Source: Candidatus Ornithospirochaeta sp.
Lineage (GTDB): Bacteria; Spirochaetota; Spirochaetia; Sphaerochaetales; Sphaerochaetaceae
Direction of reading: 5' to 3'
Assembly: GCA_050874025.1 (NCBI GenBank)
Contig: JBNMJW010000001.1
Span: 1-50,411, forward strand
DNA: 50,411 nt
Shown: piece by piece, positions 45,201 to 50,411 of the stretch
Numbering within the stretch: the first letter of the stretch is position 1
Layout: the number at the start of each line of letters is the position of its first letter
Program-made: the position numbers and the translations under genes
The notes under the pieces: model-generated
Databases searched by the model: none
What the model was told of the DNA's origin: nothing
Seen by the model: only the letters and a program-made list of their open reading frames with translations

Positions 45201-47120
45201 TCAATCATCATCAGAAACGTCTACCTCTTCTTCGTCGCCTATTACGATATCCATTTCTTCAATGAGTGGCTTCTTTTGTTCTTTTGGAGCTTCATTCTTT
45301 TTCTCTTCTCTCAAGACATTTTGCTGACCTTTTAGCCTTACAAGATTTGCTTCCTCGCTAAGTCTTTGACTCTTTGCTTCTTTATTCTCATCTTGTAACT
45401 TAGCTTTATCGTCTTTAAGGCTATCGATTGTATCTTGAAGGTTCTTCTCTTCTGCTTGGAGATTCCAAATCTCTTCTTTTATCTCTGTAACATTCTCTAA
45501 CTTTGCTGAAAGCATAGCTTCACTCTCACTTATCTTAGAGCGAAGATCACTTAAAGAGTCTTCTGCCTCTTTAATCTTTCCATGAGTTGTTTCTAGGAGT
45601 AAGTGATAAGTTTCTTCACTATCACTTATAGTTTTATTAACAAGCTTTAAGAAATCTTCACTCTGACTCTTGGTCTTCTGTAATGTCTGATTTGATTCAT
45701 TTTGAATATTCTCAAGAATCTCAGATAGAGTACCTTCACATCTGTCTTTGTATTGATTTCTTCTATTTTCCAAGTCATCCAAAACAAGATTAAAGTTATT
45801 TTTCTTCTCTTCTATATAGCTATTGAAGCTTTCTTCAATCTTTGTTTTGTCATTGTTAAATGAGACTAGAGCATCTTCAAGGTCACTCTTCTTCCTTTCG
45901 ATATTAGCTTGAGAGAGTGCGATCAGTTCATCCTTAGTCTTACCAAGTTCTTCCAAGCTAAGCTTAGCCTCTTCGTTTAGATTATCTATAGACTGATTAA
46001 ATTCATTTAATAGTCTCTCTTTCTTCTCAGCTAGTTCGCTTATGACACTCTCTATTTTCTTTTCTTTTTCATCTAACTTATCAGCATAGATGTCCATTGA
46101 AGCTGTGATTTCATCTTCTTTATCTTGGAGTTTCTCTTCTAGAGAGTTTTCTGTACTCTTAATGGCACTATCTAAATCCTCAATAGAAGAAGAAATCTTC
46201 TCTTCAAATTCGCTAAAGAGAGCATCACGTCTACTTTCAAAGCTACTAAGTGCCATTTCACGGTTCTTAGATAGCTCATCTGTCTTATTCTCTAATTCTT
46301 TAACCACATTTTCTTTCTTAATCTCAAGTTCAGAAATTAAACCTTTGATTGATTCAGCGAATGTGTTTAGCTCATTCTTGCCATTATCGATGTTTTCATT
46401 GATTAACGCTTCTTCATCTTTCAATTTTGCAAGTTGATTTTCAGCCTCTTCCTCTTGCTCGCGGCAAATATCATCATAGGCCTTCTTTTCTTGTGCCATG
46501 TAATCAGAAAACTGCATCTTTGCTCTCTCAAGAGTCTGAGAGAATTGCTGAAGCATTTCATTGTTTTCTTCTTTTTGGTTAGCTCCAGCATTTTTTAAGT
46601 CTTGCTCTGTAGATGCTACAAGGCGAACATAGTCTGCTTTGATTGAATCAAGTTGGCTTGTTAATCTCTCTACATCCTTCTGAAATGCAAGTGCATAATC
46701 ATTTACAGCTTCAATCTTTCTTACCTCTGCTTGTACAGCATAGAGTCTATTCTCCGCTTGTTCTGTCTGAACCTTCAGTTTTTTCAAAGCATTACCATAG
46801 TTCTCACATACCCCAGATAGGTCATCAAGTTCTCTTTGATGGACAAGAACAAGGTCTATAGATTCTGCTAAGTGATTCTGTACAGTATTAGCATGTTCAA
46901 TTCTACTAGAAATATTCTGCTCACAATCCCTTGCTGTAGAGCTCATACGATTCATTGTAGAACTTACTTCACTACGGAAATTCTTTACTTGCTGGTTTAA
47001 TGATTTAAGGGTTCTATCTTTTCTGTCAGCGGCACGAAAAGCAATCAATATAATTAAATTAACTAAAAAACTAACCCCAATAGCAACGTAAATGTAGGTA
47101 GTAGACATCGGCATCTCCAT
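45201..47120 (-). CDS. membrane-anchored long coiled-coil protein (about 640 aa)
   Basis: One N-terminal TM helix (YIYVAIGVSFLVNLIILIAF), then about 580 aa of heptad-like E/K/L-rich sequence and an acidic tail. The ATG at 47120 overlaps the HAD stop (TAATG). An ATG at 47108 preceded by GGAG is an alternative. Confidence 0.6.
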   Translation of the reverse strand: MEMPMSTTYIYVAIGVSFLVNLIILIAFRAADRKDRTLKSLNQQVKNFRSEVSSTMNRMSSTARDCEQNISSRIEHANTVQNHLAESIDLVLVHQRELDDLSGVCENYGNALKKLKVQTEQAENRLYAVQAEVRKIEAVNDYALAFQKDVERLTSQLDSIKADYVRLVASTEQDLKNAGANQKEENNEMLQQFSQTLERAKMQFSDYMAQEKKAYDDICREQEEEAENQLAKLKDEEALINENIDNGKNELNTFAESIKGLISELEIKKENVVKELENKTDELSKNREMALSSFESRRDALFSEFEEKISSSIEDLDSAIKSTENSLEEKLQDKEDEITASMDIYADKLDEKEKKIESVISELAEKKERLLNEFNQSIDNLNEEAKLSLEELGKTKDELIALSQANIERKKSDLEDALVSFNNDKTKIEESFNSYIEEKKNNFNLVLDDLENRRNQYKDRCEGTLSEILENIQNESNQTLQKTKSQSEDFLKLVNKTISDSEETYHLLLETTHGKIKEAEDSLSDLRSKISESEAMLSAKLENVTEIKEEIWNLQAEEKNLQDTIDSLKDDKAKLQDENKEAKSQRLSEEANLVRLKGQQNVLREEKKNEAPKEQKKPLIEEMDIVIGDEEEVDVSDDD

Positions 47121-47809
47121 TAGAACAATTTTTTTCTTAATTCCACCCAATCCTTTACTGTTAAGTCTGCAGAAGAATCTGAGTGTTTTGTAGAGATAAG
47201 GGCACTTTTCATTCCTGCCCTATGGGCACCCTCTACATCTTTATGAATACTGTCTCCCACATACAGTATTGCCGTTTTCTCAACCCCTAATTTCTCACCT
47301 AAAATCTCAAAAGGTGTAAGCGAAGGCTTAAGCCTACCAATCTCTTCTGTTGAAATCTGAACAGGAAAGAAAGACTCTATTTTCATTGCCTGAAGCTTGC
47401 TCCCAATTGGGAAATCAGATAGTACTCCCATAGAGTACTTCTTATCTTTTAAAAGTGAAAGAACCTCACTCACTCCATTTGAAGCTTTTATTGATTTAAA
47501 AAGTGATTCATATCTTCGAGTAAAGACTCTCTCTTCCTTCTTTAAAAATGCATTAAGAAGTTTCTCATCACATCTTCCATACATATTGAGAACCATTCTC
47601 TTTCCATTTTCTTCGCGGCTAAGCACGGGCAAAGAAGAAAAGCTATCTTCTTCTCTAAGCTTCTGTCTAGCCTTGTTGTATTTCATAGCAAATATTAAAT
47701 GAGGAAGAGAAGCAATAAAGACTCTAATATTTGTTTTCCATAGAGGATAAAAGGTTCCATCAATGTCGAAAGCAACTGCCTTTATCCCGTTTTCCTCTAA
47801 AAAACCCAT
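47120..47809 (-). CDS. HAD-superfamily hydrolase
   Basis: Motif I FDIDGT and motif IV GDSIHKD. Confidence 0.8.
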   Translation of the reverse strand: MGFLEENGIKAVAFDIDGTFYPLWKTNIRVFIASLPHLIFAMKYNKARQKLREEDSFSSLPVLSREENGKRMVLNMYGRCDEKLLNAFLKKEERVFTRRYESLFKSIKASNGVSEVLSLLKDKKYSMGVLSDFPIGSKLQAMKIESFFPVQISTEEIGRLKPSLTPFEILGEKLGVEKTAILYVGDSIHKDVEGAHRAGMKSALISTKHSDSSADLTVKDWVELRKKLF

Positions 47810-49365
47810 TATTTCTTCCTTTTCACCTTTTGCTTGGAATTTCTGACAATTAACTCAGCTTTTTCTCGCTCTTTTCCCATTCTAGCCTTTCCGCCTGGTT
47901 TTCTGCTAATACCCTTCTTAACAGAAGATGTAGGCTTATTGTTCTTACGAATGACAGCTCTAATTTCCTTCTCTTCTTTCCCAGGACCCTTGTCATTTAA
48001 GCTAGGATTACGCTTTCTTTCTCTGAGTGAGATTTCAACAGGAATATATGTAAAGCCAAGGTCTCGTCTTATGCAATTCTTTAAGTATGAGATATATGTT
48101 TCAGGGAAGCCATGAACCTTGTTAACGAAGAATAAAAACCTAACAGGATTGTTGCTAACTTGTGTTCCATAGAGGACTTTAAAATATCCAGTAGCAGAAC
48201 GAGGTGGTTCCTGATCTGTTGTCCACTTTTTCAAAGCTTCATTAAGTGATGATGTATCTACTCTCTTCTCAAGCTGTCTATAGACTTGCCAGACGATATC
48301 TAGCAATTTACCAACATCTATTGCTTCTAATGCAGAAATAGGTACAAGAGGAGCAAAAGAGAGGATAGGAAATAAGAATCTTACTCTATCTTTGATTGCC
48401 TCTAGTTCATTTTCAACTCCTGAGAGTTTATCAATCTTATTTAAGCAAAGAATGACACCTTTGCCTCTTCTCACGATAAGCTGAGCTATTTTCTTGTCTT
48501 GTTCAGCAAGCCCTTCTGTTACATCAATCATTAAAAGGACGACATCTGCTTCATCTATTGTCTTAATAGCTCTATTTACAGAGTAGTATTCTACATCTTC
48601 ATCAACCTTACTCTTTCGTCGAATACCTGCAGTATCTAGAACAGTGTAATCTGTTCCTTTGTAAACAAAGGTACCCTTCATTACATCTCTTGTTGTTCCA
48701 GCAATATCTGAAACAATCGAAATATTTCTTCCAGTTAAAAGATTAGTTAATGTACTCTTACCTGTATTAGGCTTTCCCATAATTGCAAGCTTAATTGATT
48801 CTGGTTCTTCAGGCTCTTCCTCAACTCTTTCTAGGTTGAGCATACCAAGTATTGTATCTTCTAATTCTTCTATTCCTAATCCATGAGCAGATGAAATACC
48901 AACTACGCGCTGAAAGCCATAAGCAAAATAATTCCAAATGAGGTCATCTCTAGATGGATCATCTATCTTATTTACAACTAAAACAACCTTATCTGTATAT
49001 GGTCTTAGTTCTTCAAGTAGCATCATATCTTCTGCTGTTACTTCCATGCAGTCCATCAAAAAAAGAATTATGTCACTTTCTGAAAGAATAGAAAGAGACT
49101 TCTGAGTTACAGCGTGATCAAGTCCTACCCTATCAAGCTTAACACCACCTGTATCGACAAGCGTTACTGGATGGTTTCCAAGTAGCCATCTTTCAGGAAT
49201 TGGGTCACGCGTTACACCTGGAGTAGGGTCTGTGATAGCCCTTCTCTTTCCTACTAATCTATTAAATAGTGTAGATTTACCTACATTTGGCCTTCCAACA
49301 ATTGAGATAAGAGGAAGAGTTGTATCTATGTCTGCTTTATTTCTTATGTCTAATTTTTCTGCCAT
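47809..49365 (-). CDS. der: ribosome-associated GTPase Der/EngA with a 68-aa basic C-terminal tail
   Basis: Two G domains (GRPNVGKST and GKPNTGKST) plus a KH-like domain. Confidence 0.95.
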   Translation of the reverse strand: MAEKLDIRNKADIDTTLPLISIVGRPNVGKSTLFNRLVGKRRAITDPTPGVTRDPIPERWLLGNHPVTLVDTGGVKLDRVGLDHAVTQKSLSILSESDIILFLMDCMEVTAEDMMLLEELRPYTDKVVLVVNKIDDPSRDDLIWNYFAYGFQRVVGISSAHGLGIEELEDTILGMLNLERVEEEPEEPESIKLAIMGKPNTGKSTLTNLLTGRNISIVSDIAGTTRDVMKGTFVYKGTDYTVLDTAGIRRKSKVDEDVEYYSVNRAIKTIDEADVVLLMIDVTEGLAEQDKKIAQLIVRRGKGVILCLNKIDKLSGVENELEAIKDRVRFLFPILSFAPLVPISALEAIDVGKLLDIVWQVYRQLEKRVDTSSLNEALKKWTTDQEPPRSATGYFKVLYGTQVSNNPVRFLFFVNKVHGFPETYISYLKNCIRRDLGFTYIPVEISLRERKRNPSLNDKGPGKEEKEIRAVIRKNNKPTSSVKKGISRKPGGKARMGKEREKAELIVRNSKQKVKRKK

Positions 49366-49485
49366 ATATCACACCTTAAAAATAGCTAACTCAACATATT
49401 ATGTAAAATTATATTGTATTTAATCTAGTTGGTTATCTCTTTTTTCTAGTTCACGCTTTTATCTTCTTCCGTTATAATTCAGTCT

Positions 49486-50010
49486 ATGGAAAAAGATAAT
49501 TCAAAAGGACAAGGTAGCTTTAGATATACCCTTGTGATGTATATTATACTCCTTATTCTTGTTGTTCCTGGTCTTTTCTTTTTGATACCTAGAGCAAAGC
49601 AAAACTTTGCTAATTACCATATTAGAGAGCACTACGAGATGTGGATGGCAAGTAAAGATGATTCTAATATCGCTTACTATCCTGTCATTCTGTTTTCAAA
49701 TGGAAAAGAAGTAAACGTTGAAAGAAAGATTACTAATGCATCAACCCCAATCCACTCTCTTTTGAAAGCTTTAATATCACCTCTAAATAAGACAGAAAAA
49801 AACAACATGTTATCCACTTTTATACCAGAGGGAACAAAGCTCATTGGTGCTTCATATGATGGTGGATTCTTCTTTGTCGAGTTATCTAAAGAATTTCTTT
49901 CTTCAAAAGATATAGATAAAGCACTAGAGCAAATAAAAAAGACTCTCAACCTTTATTACAAAGTTGAAAGCCTTACTGTTATTTCGGACGAAACAATTTT
50001 CAAGATCTAA
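49486..50010 (+). CDS. membrane-anchored GerMN-like domain protein
   Basis: N-terminal TM helix. The segment IHSLLKALISP...FIPEGTKLIGASYDGGFFFVELSKEF resembles the GerMN pattern. Confidence 0.5.
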   Translation: MEKDNSKGQGSFRYTLVMYIILLILVVPGLFFLIPRAKQNFANYHIREHYEMWMASKDDSNIAYYPVILFSNGKEVNVERKITNASTPIHSLLKALISPLNKTEKNNMLSTFIPEGTKLIGASYDGGFFFVELSKEFLSSKDIDKALEQIKKTLNLYYKVESLTVISDETIFKI

Positions 50011-50410
50011 ATCGAGTTATCTTTAACGCTTTGCCTGTTTCTGCAGACACGTCAATTATTACGCCTTCCATTTCTCCTTTTCCCTCTGCAACTTCACTTC
50101 TTATTGGTAGCTGAGTAAGTTGTCTCTCTATAGCTTTCTCTGGAGAAGAACCTATAACAGCACCATGGACTCCTGTTAGACCAAGGTCCGTTATGTAGGC
50201 TGTTCCATTAGCTAGAATCTTTTCATCTCTTGTTTGTACATGAGTATGAGTTCCAACAACAGCACTAACACTGCCATCTAAGAAAAAAGCCAAAGCCTCT
50301 TTTTCTTCGGCAGATTCTGCATGAAAATCAACAAAGATACTTGGTGTAACTTTCTTTATATTTCTTACCAGTGCTTCAGCTGTTCTAAATGGATCATCTA
50401 TCAGTGGCAT
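50000..50410 (-). CDS. ymdB: YmdB-family (TIGR00282) metallophosphoesterase, 5'-truncated by the window edge
   Basis: PLIDDPF...FVDFHAE...AVVGTHTHVQTRDEKIL..GTAYITDLG aligns with the C-terminal half of B. subtilis YmdB. The apparent first Met is internal. Confidence 0.8.
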   Translation of the reverse strand: MPLIDDPFRTAEALVRNIKKVTPSIFVDFHAESAEEKEALAFFLDGSVSAVVGTHTHVQTRDEKILANGTAYITDLGLTGVHGAVIGSSPEKAIERQLTQLPIRSEVAEGKGEMEGVIIDVSAETGKALKITRFRS

Positions 50411-50411
50411 A

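Overview
AT-rich bacterial chromosomal segment (about 25-48% G+C in lines counted by eye). It is almost fully coding, with about 50 genes, mostly on the minus strand. Several traits suggest a spirochaete-like diderm, but this is inference only: an Hbb-like HU/IHF gene beside rpsT, a Rho with a ~205-aa charged N-terminal extension, lnt, and grpE-dnaK-dnaJ without hrcA or CIRCE. Most content is housekeeping: tRNA(CAT), nifS-nifU, surE, rpmE, rho, cinA, lnt, hbb, rpsT, dus, a five-gene Opp-type peptide importer, purD, rlmB-like, dnaJ/dnaK/grpE, der and ymdB (cut by the window edge). I saw no rRNA, CRISPR array, transposase or integrase, and no obvious complete defence system. The points most worth a second look are these. 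(1) A MacB/Lol-type module (two FtsX permeases, a small secreted protein and an ATPase) lies directly downstream of lnt and is followed by an S41-like protein whose catalytic residues look substituted. (2) A Gfo/Idh/MocA oxidoreductase gene is interrupted by a single in-frame TAG. (3) Next to the tRNA there is a decayed element: three 33-bp-phased iteron-like repeats, a compound hairpin and the C-terminal stub of a C5 DNA methyltransferase. (4) Several enzyme-fold proteins look degenerate: AOR-like, galactokinase-like, and a ThrRS-N/uridine-kinase fusion. (5) OppC carries a ~370-aa internally repetitive extracytoplasmic insertion. (6) An orphan antitoxin-type HTH gene sits one nucleotide after nifU. 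All homology calls were made by eye from motifs. No searches were run.
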